From the human T2T-CHM13v2.0 reference genome, Homo sapiens: 64,000 nucleotides of DNA. Below the pieces are notes generated by a model that saw only the letters and a list, made by a program, of their open reading frames with translations, was not told the origin of the DNA and searched no databases. The position numbers and the translations under genes were made by a program. Positions 34,735 to 62,960 of this stretch are shown here, one piece after another. Positions within the stretch are counted from its first letter, which is position 1, and the number at the start of each line of letters is the position of its first letter. The DNA lies in NCBI RefSeq assembly GCF_009914755.1, contig NC_060925.1; one strand, written 5' to 3'.

Positions 34735-34991
34735 CTTGGGAGGCCAAGGCGGGTGAATCACTTGAGGTCAGGAGTTTGAGACCAGCCTGACCAACATAGT
34801 GAAACCCTGTCTGTACTGAAAATACAAAAATTAGCCAGGTGTGGTGGCGTGTGCCTGTAATCTCAGCTACTTGGGAGGCTGAGGCAGAAGAATCGCTTGA
34901 TCCTGATGGACTGGAGGTTGCAGTGAGCCTAGATCATGCCATTGCACTCCAACCTGTGTGACAGAGCGAGACTCTGTCTGGAAAAAAAAAA
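34735..34991 (+). mobile_element. AluS, 5'-truncated
   Basis: TSD aaaaa(t/a)tcattct. Confidence 0.9.
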
Positions 34992-35419
34992 TCATTCTGA
35001 TAATCTCTTTTTGAAAGTCAATGTTTAACACGTTTATGGTTGCTGAGGCTAATGATAATGTTTCAACTTATTTTTAATTTTCTTATTTTTTCATCTTATG
35101 TTTATCATTCTTTGCTTATTTTTTCCTTTTTCCTTCCTTCTCTTGTGTTGAAAACATTTTCTATAGTCCTTTTTTCTTCTGCTGTTACTTTAGGAGCCAG
35201 ACATGGTACCTTATTTATTTTAGTAGTTGTCCTCATAGTGTTAACTTGCATACTTAACAATTCCATATTCTAAGAACATCTAAATTATTAAATATTCCTC
35301 TTCTTTTTCCTTTCTAGAGTAGGAGAAGCCTGCCTTGCCTCTGGCTTCAAGTAGTGATAATTCAATTAATATTCAATCAATATTCAATTAATATTTCAAT
35401 TAATATTTTTGGGGGGGAC

Positions 35420-35711
<292 letters not shown>

Positions 35712-36447
35712 TAGTAAACATTTTTCAAAAATAAAAAAGATGTGGAAAATATCATTTCTTAGCCCCTGGATTCTGGAATTTTCTAATGATTATTTTTACC
35801 AAGTAAATAAGCCCAGGAGTAAATGAAATGTGGTTTACTGCTTGTGCTTCCTGGAATTTCTTGCAGCCAACACAGAATCACAGCATCTCAGAGTTGGAAG
35901 GAATTCTTCATATGACCACATTGATTTTTTTTTTCCTGTTGGTCGGCATCAGATTTGTGAAGGTTAGTGACTAAAAGGCTAAGACTTTAGAGAGTCCAGT
36001 GGCAAAGGTAGAAGTCCACTTCAAAGGAAGTTCAGACACCCAGCTGGTTCCTCTGAGGATAATTTATTTTCATGAAAACTTTCTGATGAGACCAGAGAGC
36101 AGAGAAGGCCATTTCCCTTTTCAGCTTATTACAAATGGAGTCATATTGTCAGTGGCATGCTGTTACATGTTTACAACCAGCTCTCCAAAAACAAAACAAA
36201 ACAAACAAACAAACAAAAAAAACCATAGAAGTGGTTGCTAACTTCCATAGTGGAAATACTCCCACCATGGCTACCAATGTGTCATCACTAAACACAGAAT
36301 TGGGAAAAGATGCCCACATAGATTCTCTGCACTGATGGGAGTCAGTTTCAGCACACTACTACAACAATACCAAATACAGTAGATACATTCCCAACCTCAA
36401 CTTAACCTCTCAGAAGCACTAGACATAGTTGCTTGCACCGTTATTGA

Positions 36448-38156
<1,709 letters not shown>

Positions 38157-39079
38157 TAATACATAAACAAATGAATGAAACTTCAGATTTTCACATAAGT
38201 CCTTTTAGGTTATACATTTGGGACATGTATAAAGGGGAGGTTGGAGTGGCTGTTGGCATTGAAGCTTTAGAATGCTGTGATAGAAAAAAAATTATAGTTC
38301 CTTTAATGAGAGGACTGTTATAGCACTATAAAGTGGAATGATTTGTTCTGAAAAGGAATCCTAGAAAACAAACCAAAGAAAACATGAACTTTTCCGAGGA
38401 CTAGAATTCAAAACAAATGATCAAGTAATAATATAATCACCAAGTAGATTCATTTTATGAAAAGAAGTGCTGAAGGAGAACTCTAGCATAGAAGTCAGAC
38501 AATATGCTCTGGAGTTAGAGTTGATTCTGTCACTTAAATAGCTGTGTGAACTTGAACAAATTCCTTAGTCTCTCATTTCCTTCCTCTCTAAATCAGGGAC
38601 ATTAATATCACTGACTTCTTAAGGTTTTTGTGAGATAATGCATCAAAAACACATTTTACCACTGAAGTCCCTCTACCTTTAGTTAATTTCTCTGAGCTCC
38701 AGTATTTTCATTTATAAAACAATGGATTTGTGCTTGACTTCTCTTAAGAGCCTCCAGTGCAAAGACCCTTTTTATTCTATGTAGTTGGATGCTCTCAAAG
38801 CCATCCCTACTCTCAGTTAACTAGATGAAGGGCACTGCACTGTAAGGGTCCCCTGTGGTACACCTGGGCAGGAACAGGGTGTATTGGGCACTGTTTTGTA
38901 AGGAGACTGCTTGTCTGGTGTGCCCTTACCCAGTACAATGAGTTTTAGAATCAACTTTTAAAAACGTTTTAAAAATATTTATGGATTTTTTTTCTTTTCA
39001 AGAATAGTACATACTAGTAAGTATACTCCATTAGGGCAGGAGCTATACCGTCTCCCTTTTCTCTTTCATTTAGTTAATT

Positions 39080-41040
<1,961 letters not shown>

Positions 41041-41208
41041 AAAAACATCAATTGTTTAATTTAATCGTTTTTGCTATATTCAGAGTTTTGCACCCATCGA
41101 CCCCCCACAATCAATTTCATCATTTTTTTATCTCCAAAAGGAAACCCATACTCATCAGAAGAAACTCATCATTCTCCCCTCTCCCAGCCCCAGGCAACCA
41201 TTAATCTA

Positions 41209-48127
<6,919 letters not shown>

Positions 48128-49328
48128 TTCTTTCTGTCTCTATGAATCTGTCTATTCTGCGCATTTCATATAAATAGAATAATGCCATATGTTGTCTTTT
48201 GTAACTGGCTTCTTTCACTTAGCACAATGTTTTCAAGGTTCATACATATTGTAACATGAATCAGAACTTTTTCATTGCTGAACAGTATTCCATTGTATAG
48301 AATCAGCCTGTTGTGGGGCTTCTTAGTGTCCATAATCACGTGAGCCAATCTTCCTAATAAATCCCCTCTCATCTACCTATCTATCTACCCTATTTTCATT
48401 CATTCATTCATTCATTCATCTAACAGCTTTTTAACTAGACTTTCCTCTTATCTGCTAATCTTCACTCACCTTCAACCTCACTTTAAGAAGAACCTTGTTA
48501 CCAGTTCCTAAGACTTTGGGAGTTCTTCAGTGTAAGTTGGACTCTTCGCAGCTTCCCAACCACTGCTATACAATTTGACACCCTCAGGTCTTCTAATTCA
48601 GTTGTCACTTGTCTGAATGCTTTCCACCATCCGAAATTTTGTTTTTGCTTTCTCCTCTCCTCTTTGTCCCTGTGGTTTATGTCTTTTTTGTGTTTCAAAA
48701 TCTGTTTAATTACTCTTTAGAATAACTTGAGAATAAGAGTTAATGCATGCATTTTACCTGCATCTTTAACTAAAATTTCTAGTATCAATCTCTAATAATA
48801 AGAGATGGCTTTAACCTGATTTTATAAAATCAATACAAATAGTGTAAAATTACTGTGCCAACATCATAGAAAACCATAAACAGTTAACTTAGACAGATAC
48901 ATGCATACATGAAGCTATAAATGATACACAGTGTGCCTCTGGTTTTCATTTTAGACAAGCCTGATGGACAGAAATCTCTCTCTCTTGGTCCTTCTTGATC
49001 CTTCCATTGCCATTGGTTTATTGTCGTCTACTGATCTTTTTCTGTCACACACATTGCCTATATCCCACACCTTCCTCTATCAGTAAGTCCTCTTTCTGGT
49101 ATGAAGAATTTTATATAGGCATACTTCAGAGATATTTCAGGTTCGGTTCCAGACCACTGCAATGAGGCTAATATTGCAATAAAGTGATTCATATGAACGT
49201 TTTTGTTCCCCAGTGAATATAAAAGTTATGTTTATACTATACTGTAGTCTATTAAGTGTGCAATAGCATTATGTCTAAAAAATGTACATACTTTAAAAAC
49301 ACTTTATTGCTAAAAAATGTTAATGATA

Positions 49329-49622
<294 letters not shown>

Positions 49623-49724
49623 CTAATGATAATCAAGTCTTCAACAAGTTATAATCTTGCTGGTGAAGGGTCTTGACATTGATGGCTGCTGATTGATCAG
49701 GGTGGTTGTTGCTGGGGGTTAGCA

Positions 49725-50292
49725 TGTATATTCGTTGGAGTTCTTCAAAGAGATAGAACCAATAGGGTAGATAGATAGGTAGATGAGAGGGGATTTATTA
49801 GGAAGATTGACTCAGTGATTATGGACGCTAAGAAGCCCCACAACAGGCTGACTGCAAGCTGGAGACTCTGAGATGCTGGTAACATGGCTCAGTCCAAGTC
49901 TAAAGACCTCAGAACCAGGGAAGCGGGTGGTGTCATTCTCAGTGTGAAGTCAGAAGCCTGAGAACAGGGGAAGCCATTGGTTTTAGTCCTGGAGTCCAAA
50001 GACTGGAGAGCCTGAAGTTGTTGTCCAAGGATAGGAGAGGAAGAGTGTATTCCAGCTCCAACAGATAGTACAACATAACTGCCTTTTTCTGTTTTGTTTT
50101 CTCCAGGCCCCTGGAAGATTGGATGGTGCCTGCCTATACGGAGGGCGGATCTTCCCCTCCTCGTCCACTCAGACTCACATGCAAGTCTCCTCTAGAAACA
50201 CCCTTGCAGACACACCCCAAAATGACACTTTTAGAGGTTTGTATGTTTCCTTAAACTAGTCAAGTTGACACTTGAAATTAACCATCATCACA
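49725..50292 (-). mobile_element. ERVL solo LTR, MLT2 (MLT2C-like), inside Tigger1
   Basis: Reverse complement starts gatggttaatttcaagtgtcaacttgact; ends ggttctatctctttgaagaactcc. Confidence 0.85.
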
Positions 50293-50313
50293 GGGTGGCT
50301 GTGACCATTTCTT

Positions 50314-51846
50314 TTTTTTTAACCAGTTCAGAATTCATCTTTATCTTCTACTTGCCTCATCAGTGTAAGTTTAAAGTCATGTTTTTTTAGACATTTATAC
50401 TTGTGTACATAGACAAATAAACTCATATTGGATGACAACTGATTTTTTTAAAGTCCAGGTAGAGAAAGAAGCAATCATTTTGAACTAAAATCTGTCTACG
50501 TTTTTTTAGTTACTATTCAACTTGCTATTGTTTAGCAAGAAGCAAAGTTTCCATAGTGTTCATCTCAAATCTTACTGCTTTACAACTGCGGTACACCTTC
50601 CATTAAAAATAAAAAGATGAAGCCATCAATCCAGTGATTAATTTGACATAGCTTTCATTGGGAAAGGGCAGCTGGGGGTGGGTGGGGGCATTGGCAAAGA
50701 GACCAATAGACAAAAAGGTAACTTAAACAATTAAACATACAATGGTTTTATTTTTAAAAGAGAGAGAAGTGTTACTTTCAACAATTGGAAAAAAGCACTG
50801 AAAGCCCATGGGTCAAGCCATAGACAAAACCATGTTCTATCTTAAGTAGGTTCTTTTTTTCCTCCCTCTCTTTTCTTCTTTTCTTTTTCTTTTTTTTCCT
50901 TCTCTTCTCTCCTCCTCTCCTCCTTTCCTCCTCTTCTCTCCTTTTCTTAAAAGCTCTCCCCAAACCATCAACGCTTTTAAGCCTCCCCAGATGCCTTCAT
51001 CACCAGATTTCTTGGGTGGGGGCTTGTAGATGTTTTCTTTTCTGGCGGGCTTTCTGGTACCTCATCTTCCTTGGGAGAAGTAATCTTTTCCTTCGACGGC
51101 TTTGAAGCTGTGGGGCGACCCACATTCCCTTTGCCTTTCACTGGACTTGGCGTCACTGTAGCCTTTAGCCTGGGTTTGGACATTTTCTTTTCTTTTCTCT
51201 CAGGTTTGGACTTCTTAACCATCTTTTTGTTTTTCTTTTTTGAATTGCCATAGTCACTATTGTCATCATCTTCCATCAGGAAATCTTCATTGCTGCTGGA
51301 ATTCTCCTGGAAGGGTGTCTCATCCTCTTCTTGTTCTTCCTCATGCCCACATCTTCCATGAGCTCTGTTTGGAAGCTGCTTTAGATGCTGTCTGCTGTGC
51401 TGGCGTACATTTTTATGATCTTCATTTTCATCTTCATTATCCTCTGCTCAGTGAAAATCATCCTTCTTTGTCTTCAGATCTTTTTCTTCTGAGTCCTCAC
51501 TATCTTCCTGTGAATTCTTTCCAGATTGCCTTATTTTTAGCTTCTAGGGGAGATGATGAAATTTTCTTAGTGATAGGGCCCGAATCTCTTCCATAATCTT
51601 CATTTGCATCACCAGTTTCCTGAAACTGTGAGTAATCAACAAACCTTCCTAGTTCTGAAGAATCACGACATGTTCTCTGTTGAAACAAGACAGAGTTGAG
51701 AAGCCAAAGACCAGGACACCCTCAACCCCGTGCACTTGGCGGCCACCCACCACTCCTAACTTCAGCCGAACCCTGAGCTGCCGGCTTCTCAAACTCTGCT
51801 GCTTTTTGGTTTAGAGGAGCCCCCTGCTCCCCCTGCTCTTCAAAAT
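50314..51846 (-). pseudogene. NUCKS1: Processed (intronless) pseudogene of NUCKS1; CDS remnant 51671-50977
   Basis: Translations match NUCKS1 ([30 protein letters not shown]; [45 protein letters not shown]); no introns; 5' and 3' UTR present; poly(T) at 50312-50320; TSD g(t/c)(g/a)accatttctt; codon 3 is TGA and there are frameshifts. Confidence 0.95.
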
Positions 51847-51954
51847 GCAACCATTTCTTAAAGTAAGACAATGAAGTTTGCTGCATCGATTGACTCTTCT
51901 TTTCATGAAAGATTTCTCTGTAGCATGCAAAGCTATTTGATGGCATTTTACTCA

Positions 51955-52765
<811 letters not shown>

Positions 52766-53736
52766 TTAAACAATAAGACTTGAAAGCCAAAATTACACCT
52801 TGATGCATGAGCTGCAGGACGGATGTTGTGTTTGCATGAAAACATTAATCTCCTGTATAGCTCCATCAGAGTTCTTGGATAACCAGGTGCATTATCAATG
52901 AGCGGGTAAATTTTGAAAGGAATCTTTTTTTTTCTGAGCAGTAGTTCTCAATGGTGGGCTTAAACTGTTCAGTAAACCATGCTGTGAAGAGATGTTCTAT
53001 CATCCTGGCTCTGCTGTTCCATTTGTAGAGCACAGGCAGAGTAGATTTCACATAATTCTTCAGGGCTCTGGAACTTGCAGAATGGCAAATGAGCATTGGC
53101 TTCAACTTAAAGTCACTGGCTGCATTAGCCCCTAGCAAAAAATTCAGACTGTCCTTTGAAGCTTTGAAGCCAGGCATTGACTTCTCTCTAGCTACGAAAG
53201 TTCTAGATGGCATTATCTTCCAATAGAAAAGGTTTCATCTATGTAGAAAATCTGTTGTTCATTAATTATCTCAGCTAGATCTTCTGTGTCACTTGCTGCA
53301 GCTTCTCCATCAGTACTTGCTGCTTCACCTGGCACTTTCATGTTATTAAGACAGTTTTTTCCTTAAACCTGATGAACCAACATCTGCTAGCTTCAGACAT
53401 TTTTCTGTAGCTTCCTCACCTCTCTCAGCCTTCAGAGAACTGAGGTGCATTAGAGCCTTGCTCTGGATTGGGTTTTGGCCTAAGGAAATGTTATGGCTGG
53501 TTTGATCTACCCAGACCACTAAAACTTTCTCTATTTCAGCAACAAGACTGTTTCATTTTCTTATTCATGTGTCCCATGGAGAGGTGCTTTTAATTTCCTT
53601 CAAGAACTTTTCCTTTGCATTCACAGCTTTCCTAGCTGTTGGGAACAAGAGGACTAGCTTTCGGCCTATCTCAGCTTTCAACGTGCCTTCCTTACTAAGC
53701 ATAATCATTGCTAGTTTTTTATTTAAAGTGGGAGAT

Positions 53737-54329
<593 letters not shown>

Positions 54330-54725
54330 GTGAGAGATGTGCAACTCTTTTACTTGAACACTTAAGAGGCCACTGTAGGGTTATTAATTGACCTAATTTT
54401 AATACTGTTGTATCTCAGGGAATAGGGAGGACCCTGAGGAGAGGGAGAGAAATGGGAAGAGCCGGTTGGTGGAGCAATCAGAGCACACACATTTATTGAT
54501 CAAGTTCATCTTCTTATGTGGGTGCTGCCCATGACTCCCCAAAACAATTACAACAGTAACATTGGAGATCACTGATCACAGATCAGTATAACAGAAATAA
54601 TAATGATGAAAAAGTTTGAAATATTGTGAGAATTACAGAAACGTGACACAGAGACCATGAAATGAGCACATGCTGTTAGAAAAATGTCAAAGATAGGCTG
54701 GGGCATGGTGGCTCATACCTGTCAC

Positions 54726-55490
<765 letters not shown>

Positions 55491-57669
55491 CTACCTTCCA
55501 CCGAAACAGAGCAAGATCTGCTTAAGATCCTATAAAAATGACTTTGGCATGTGCCCTTTGCCTGGGAACAGCTTTTTCAGTTGCTGCTGCTGCTGTGTAA
55601 TATGTTAGGTTACATGGACTACCATTTTTTGTTAAAGAGAATGACTTCCAAGTTCAGTAGGTGCTTCTTGAAAATATAGTTCCCCGTGATGCAATAATAA
55701 TTGATTCTGTTATTTCCTATTCTTGTTCTTATGTATGTGACATATGACATGTAACTGAGACACAGTTCCTATATTTAATATTTGTTGTTTGTTCCACAAT
55801 CTTTTCATAGATGGGATTAGGTTGAACATTACCCTGTTCTATCTGAATTATATGTAATATGCTATAAATTTGAATAATCCACGGTAAGGTGATTTTAAGC
55901 TTAACTCTGCCCCAGCAGGTGATAATTATTTTATTAGAGCATTCTGTATCTAGTCACTCCGCATAGTGTTGACTCTTGGTTTGAAGTCACACCTCATGCC
56001 TGTGGTTCAGCATGCATCTTTGGGCCTCAATGTCTTAGAAAAACTTAGCTTAGTGGACTGGATTTACAGACCTGGGGAGGACATGGAAATTTCAAGTTTC
56101 TCATCCAGAATCTTCTTCCAACTTGCTGTGTGGCCTTCCACGCGTCATTTCATACTCGCTCGATCATTTCTTCATTTCAGCATGGAAACAGAGCCCATTA
56201 GCTTCTCAAGGGCATTGTAAGAAAGGGGAGAGCAGTGGTCAAAAAGGAAACAAACTGAAAAATATCAAGATCCCTTCAATAGTTCTGACCTCTAGTGAAA
56301 AAAGGAACAACGTGGTACCGGAAAACCCAGCATGTATATAGCCAAAACCAAAGACTTGTTGTTGTAAAAAAAAGGGAACAATGTCTGATTTTAACATTCA
56401 CATATTCCAAACCACAGTCTTCCAGGTCTCTCTCCCGCAGCCAAGGCTGATGGTAGCAGCCAGGTCTAGAGGAAAGTTTCCAGAAAGCAGATTTTGGCAA
56501 AGGTTGCCTTTAAACCTGCAGAGAATACAATTCCAGTTTTTGGGTTTTTTTTTCTTAAGCACATTTTCATTCCTTTTTGCCACAGAATTTCATGGACTAT
56601 GTTTATCTTTCCTTTTCAGGTCATGGTATATAGACTTTTCACAGTCAGACGTGAGGAGTAGACATATTTCTTGAGTGTTTTTTTCTTTCTTTCCTTACAA
56701 AATTCTTTCAACTTGGAGGTGGAGCCAAATTCTAAGATTATATTTTCAGAGAATCATTTTTCTTATGTGATCATTAAATTACTTCAGAGAAAGAATGAGA
56801 TATTAAAGTCCACTCTCTGACTGCTTTGAGAAGAGGCTCACATGTGCCAGGTGAAAGGAATAATTATTGATTTTAATTCTATTCCCTGGACAAATGGCCC
56901 CTGTGGCCCAGAGTCCTGGCACCCGGAGATGGCAGTGAGCCCTGGGTCTGTTTAGGATAGTTTTGTAAACAACAACAACAACAAAAAAGCCACTGCAAGT
57001 GCACTGGTTTTAGAGGAATGTCCAAGAAAATTGCCCTCCTTCTCCTCACAACATGTCATTACAGAAAAATAGAAGTCCCTGCATTCCAATCTGATTTTTA
57101 TTTAACTCTGCAAGCCTGTAAATTTTGCCATGAGGTAAGGGGCTGATTCAGAGCTCCAGAATCCTTTTGGTGCCACAGACACTATTTCAAAATGGATATG
57201 CTTTTGGGTTTCTTAGTGTTATTCTGCTAGGGTCATGGAATAAATGGGGCTCTGTCTGAGGAGAACTCCCAGTCCTGGTAAACAAGAACCAGGATGCCTG
57301 GTGGTCAAAGTAGCTGCCTTGCGTTTTAAAGGTTAGGAGTTCAAATCTTGTGGGTTTGAGCTTGGGTTAAAGTATCCACGTATCTAGGTTGAAGAAGCAA
57401 TAACGTCGCACAATGGAATCTGGCTTACCCATATCTAATTTCTGGCTACAATTAATTAAATACATACTTCCTATGGAATTCTTTACCTTGTAGATCGTGG
57501 ACAAAGGGTCCACATTCCAGAGGGCACAGGAAAGCTTTACTTTCCAAGCTTCCTGGGCTGTACAGTGTATATAGACTTGAATTCTACCACATAGGCATGC
57601 GGTTCATATTTGTCAACATTCCTTAAATTCTGATAGACCTATAGCCCTAGGCCTCCTTTCTCCTCTTAA

Positions 57670-58029
<360 letters not shown>

Positions 58030-59379
58030 TAAAGACATATTTTTTGCACAGATGACCCATTGGAAATAGGCCCCATTGATAGAAAATATAACCTGTATTA
58101 GGGCCTGCAATTGTAGTGGTCTAATCTTTGTAATGCTTTGTTTTTCTATAGCATTTCAATGTTTATGAAACATATATATGATCTCTTTTTACCCTTAGTG
58201 TCTTCGAAGAAGGTAAATATTGTTCCCATTTTGTGGATAAGAAAAATGAGAACCAGAGCGATCAAGGGCTTGCTCAAAAGTACTCAACCAGTTAATGTCA
58301 GAGCTGGCACCTGAACTCAGGCCTCTACAACTCTAAATGTTTTCAATGATAGCAGAATTGCCTCTAATGGCAAAACATTGTAGAATCATATTGATGTTTC
58401 AGATTATATTGCCAGTCGTACTTCGTTGAGCTATGCTTGGTAATGCCACTGCCATCTTGGAAAGAAAATAGATGCTGAAGTTCCCCATAGATGCTGAACA
58501 CTCAGAAAGTGCCAATAGTTGCATCGATTTGATTGTATCTGCTACCTCATTCCCTCTGAAACACCTGCAAATAAAGGAAAATAACTAACCCATTGTGCCC
58601 CCATCTAAGAATGCCTGAAATCAGAAATATCCCAGCATTGTGACCTGAAGTTGCCTCAGCAGGAAGTTCTGTTTTTTAAATTAGGACTCTAGCCATTTTT
58701 TTTCCCAGTAGCTCTTATTGCCAGTGGGGCTTTGAGCAAACAGTTCCCAGGAAAGCTGTCTATACCTACATGATATGAAGACAATAATGATACCTGCTTC
58801 CTGTCTACCTGGCAAGTGTGTTGGGAAAAGCAATAAGATAATGTCTGTCATGTGCTTTGAATGCCTAGAAAGAAAGATAGGGTTTATGAGCAAGGGTGTA
58901 ATTATATTGAGTCAGCCATGATATCATTGTCTATATTATACATATGTGGTTGTTGCCTAAGACACTGCTGAGTATAATTTGGCTCTCATATTTGATGTTT
59001 TAAGGACATGATGATGTTACAATAAGTTAGCAGAAGAGCCTAAGTTGGGAAAGGAAGGTATCCTTTTCTTTCAAAAATTCCTGTATGACTGAAATTTATT
59101 TTAGGCTATCTTCTCCAGCTGGTCCTGCAATTAGGACGGCCTCCAATGTTCACAATGCACTCCTTCCATTTCTTCATCAGTCAAGTGATTCCTCCTCTAG
59201 CTGGTCCAGGATTTATGGCAGGAGGGTGACCTGGAGAAGAGAGAAAATGTGTCCAACTCTACCGAGGGACCACTACAATTTAAAAGCCCAAATAGAGGAT
59301 TTCTATGACCATGCTTCTAGCAAACCCATGCCTGCCTGTCAGGCCAGTTCCCATAGAGCAATGTCCTGTCCCACACCTA

Positions 59380-59791
<412 letters not shown>

Positions 59792-59834
59792 TCATAACCA
59801 TTCAAGCACCTTTTGGAATGCCAGGCACTGCCTA

Positions 59835-60185
<351 letters not shown>

Positions 60186-60759
60186 AAACTTATTCCTTAG
60201 GGAAATGGCTGTCCAAGGAGGAGACACTTGGAAAGGACTAGCACCCAGTAAAGTGCCTGAGACACAGTAGGACCAGAAGCACACTCACTGAATGAATTGC
60301 CAATAATGTATTACAAGGTGATGAGGACCATAATAACAAAAGCACAAGGTGCCATGGGAGCATGTTAGTGGCCACCTGACTAAGAGTGGTAAGAGGAGGA
60401 AGGAGAGTGCATGGAAGACCATGTGTAACGGCTTCACATAGGAAAGAGTGGGCAAGCCCTTGGTTTGTGATGACAACAGCACAGAGTGTCAGGCTTTTTA
60501 TTCTATTCTAGTTCACTTAAAAAACAAACAAACAAACAAACAACATGCAAGTCTCAGCCCACTAAAGGTTTCAAGCCACAGTGTGAAAGTTCTATATTAT
60601 TAGAAAGGATTTTCTCTTCTTCACACCTGTCGGCCTAGGAGCCAAGGACTAGACAACAGAATTAAAATGTTTGCTCAGGAGTTCCTAAATTTCTGCCACT
60701 GAGCACAATCATTTCCACCCCATCTTAACATTATTTATTTCAGTCATGAGCAAACATCG

Positions 60760-61215
60760 GTATTAGTTTCCTATGGCTGCTGTAAAACATTGCCATAAAT
60801 GTGGAAACCTAAAACAAATATATTCTTTCATGGTTCTGGGGGCCAGAAGCCTGAAGTCAGTTTCACGGAGCTGAAATCAAGGTGCCGGCAGGGCTGAGCC
60901 CCTCCCAAGGCTCTAGGGGAGAATTCGCTCTTTTCCTTTTCTCCCAGCTTCTGGTGGCTGCTCCTTTCTTCGGCTTGTGGCCACATCACTCCAGTCTCTG
61001 AGTCCCTGGCCATGTTGCCTTCTACTCTTCTGTCTGTGTTGAATCTTCCTCTTCCTCCCTCTTATTTAGGGCTCACTGGCAATCCCTCTGTCGAAAGATC
61101 TATAATTTAATCACACCTGCAACATTCTTTTTTTGCCATATAACTTTCACAGGTTCCAGTGATTAGGAGGTAAACATCTTTAGGAGTTGAGGGGGCGTTA
61201 TTCAGTCTACCACAA
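60760..61215 (-). mobile_element. MaLR LTR, MLT1D-like
   Basis: gtattagtttcctatggctgctgtaa ... ttattcagtctaccaca. Confidence 0.85.
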
Positions 61216-61679
61216 CATCTCTGTCTGAATCACCGAGTCTCCAGTACAAACCTGTTGAATATCTCAGTTGAGTTTCTCTTTGCTTTCATTCAAGAAGGCA
61301 GAATAACTCCTCTCCTCTTTCTTTACGGGAGAAGAACATAGGCGAGAGGATGGGAGGTAACTTTTGCTGAGCCCCTACATTTGCATGCACTCTTCATAGC
61401 AAGATTGTGCGTAGCTATTATCACCATTTTCCAGATGACAAAGTCGAGGCTCAGTGGGGCTGAGTGACTCGCCCAGGTTCTCCCAGGGAGAAGAGTCTGA
61501 ATTTGACTATGGATCTGTCTGATTTCAAAGCCCATGTCCTTTCTGTTATATCAACATTCCTCAAATTTCAGGAATGCACCAGCACCTCATAAAGGAAAAA
61601 AAAAACATCTACAAGCTCCAGTTTGAGAAAAAAACTAATTTAAGGAACTAAGTTTTATCCTATAAAAACATAAATTTTA

Positions 61680-61992
61680 CTTATTTATTTCTTTATCTTT
61701 TATGAGACAGGGTTTTGCTCTGTTACCCAGACTGGAGTGCAGGGGCACCATCATAGCTCACTGCAGCCTTGAACTCCTGGGCTCAAGCAATCCTCCAGCC
61801 TCAGCCTCCTGAGTAGCTGGGACTGCAGGGAGCACACCACCATGCCCAGCTAATTTTTTAAAACAAATTCTTGCAGAGACAGGGTCTCACTGTGTTGCCC
61901 AGGCTGGTGTCAAACTCCTGGGATCAAGGAATCCTCCCACCTCAGCCTCCCAAAGTGCTGGGACTTGTAGGCATGAGCCACCACACCTGGCC
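61680..61992 (-). mobile_element. AluJ
   Basis: Dimer. Confidence 0.9.
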
Positions 61993-62113
61993 TGAAACAT
62001 ACATTTTAAAATGCTCAAATTGTCCCCAAATCCCAGTGACTGACACACCTGTGTGAGAAACGCTGCAAGACGCTAAAGTCCCCCTCATTTCTGAGGACTC
62101 TGTTTTCAAGGAT

Positions 62114-62277
62114 CTTTTTTTTTTTTTTTGGAGACAGGATCTCACTTTGTCACCCAGGCTGGAGCACAGTGGCATGGTCATGGCTCCGTGTAGCCTCAAA
62201 CTTCTTGTCTTAAGCAATCCTCTCTCCTCAGCCTCCCAAAGCACTGGGATTACCGGCATCAGCCACCGTGCCCGGCC
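62114..62277 (-). mobile_element. Alu monomer/chimera
   Basis: TSD tcaagg(a/c)tctt. Confidence 0.8.
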
Positions 62278-62826
62278 TCAAGGCTCTTAAAACTAAGACC
62301 CAGGATGGCCACATTTCAACCATGTTGCGCCACTGCTTAGGAAATGCTTCGGTGAAACAAAGCATTTGCCACTAATAAGACTTTAACACCAGCAATCTGT
62401 TAATATTACAGATGTAAGTTAAATATTTCCACCACAGAGATGCTTCATCAACTTCAGTCAGATTAAAGTAATGGCCGTGGCATTTTCTGACCTTAATCTG
62501 AATGAAAGTTTACCTGGATGTCCCACGCAAGCCTTGTAGGTGAAAAATGTTACCCTTGTTCTGGCATATTCTAACCACCTGGAATAAAATTGAAGCCTAA
62601 TGCTTATTGAGCAGTCACTTGGTTACACTTATTATGTGCTAAGCACTTTACATGAATTAATGTATTTAATATTCATGAAAACTTTATGGGGCAGGTCATA
62701 TCCTTATTGCCCTTTACAAGTGATAAACAGAGGCACAGAAAGGTTAGGTAATTTCTCCAAAGTCCTACTGCTAGCAAGAGGTGTAGAGCTAGGATTAAAG
62801 ACAGTCATCTGGTTACAGACACCATC

Positions 62827-62960
62827 TTTTTTTTTTTTTTTTTAAAGACAGGGTCTCACTTTTTTGCCTAGGCTAGATTCGAACTCCCAGGCTCAAACAA
62901 TCCTCCCACCTCAGCCTCCCAAGTAGCTTGGACTGTAGGCGTGCAGCACTGTGCCCAGCC
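62827..62960 (-). mobile_element. Alu monomer (FLAM-like)
   Basis: TSD cagacaccat(c/g)tttt. Confidence 0.8.

Noticed and set aside
35361-35408. Short (ttcaattaata) x4 tandem, plus 12-bp micro-duplications near 58469 and 63679
   Set aside because: Common slippage products with no further structure.
50977-51276. 99-aa open frame covering the NUCKS1 C-terminal half as a possible functional retrogene
   Set aside because: The true start is followed by a stop at codon 3, the upstream CDS is frameshifted, the C-terminus is altered and no promoter is evident.
57298-57355. tRNA-like B-box motif (ggagttcaaatct) with a weak upstream A-box
   Set aside because: No cloverleaf or acceptor stem could be formed; likely chance or a decayed SINE.
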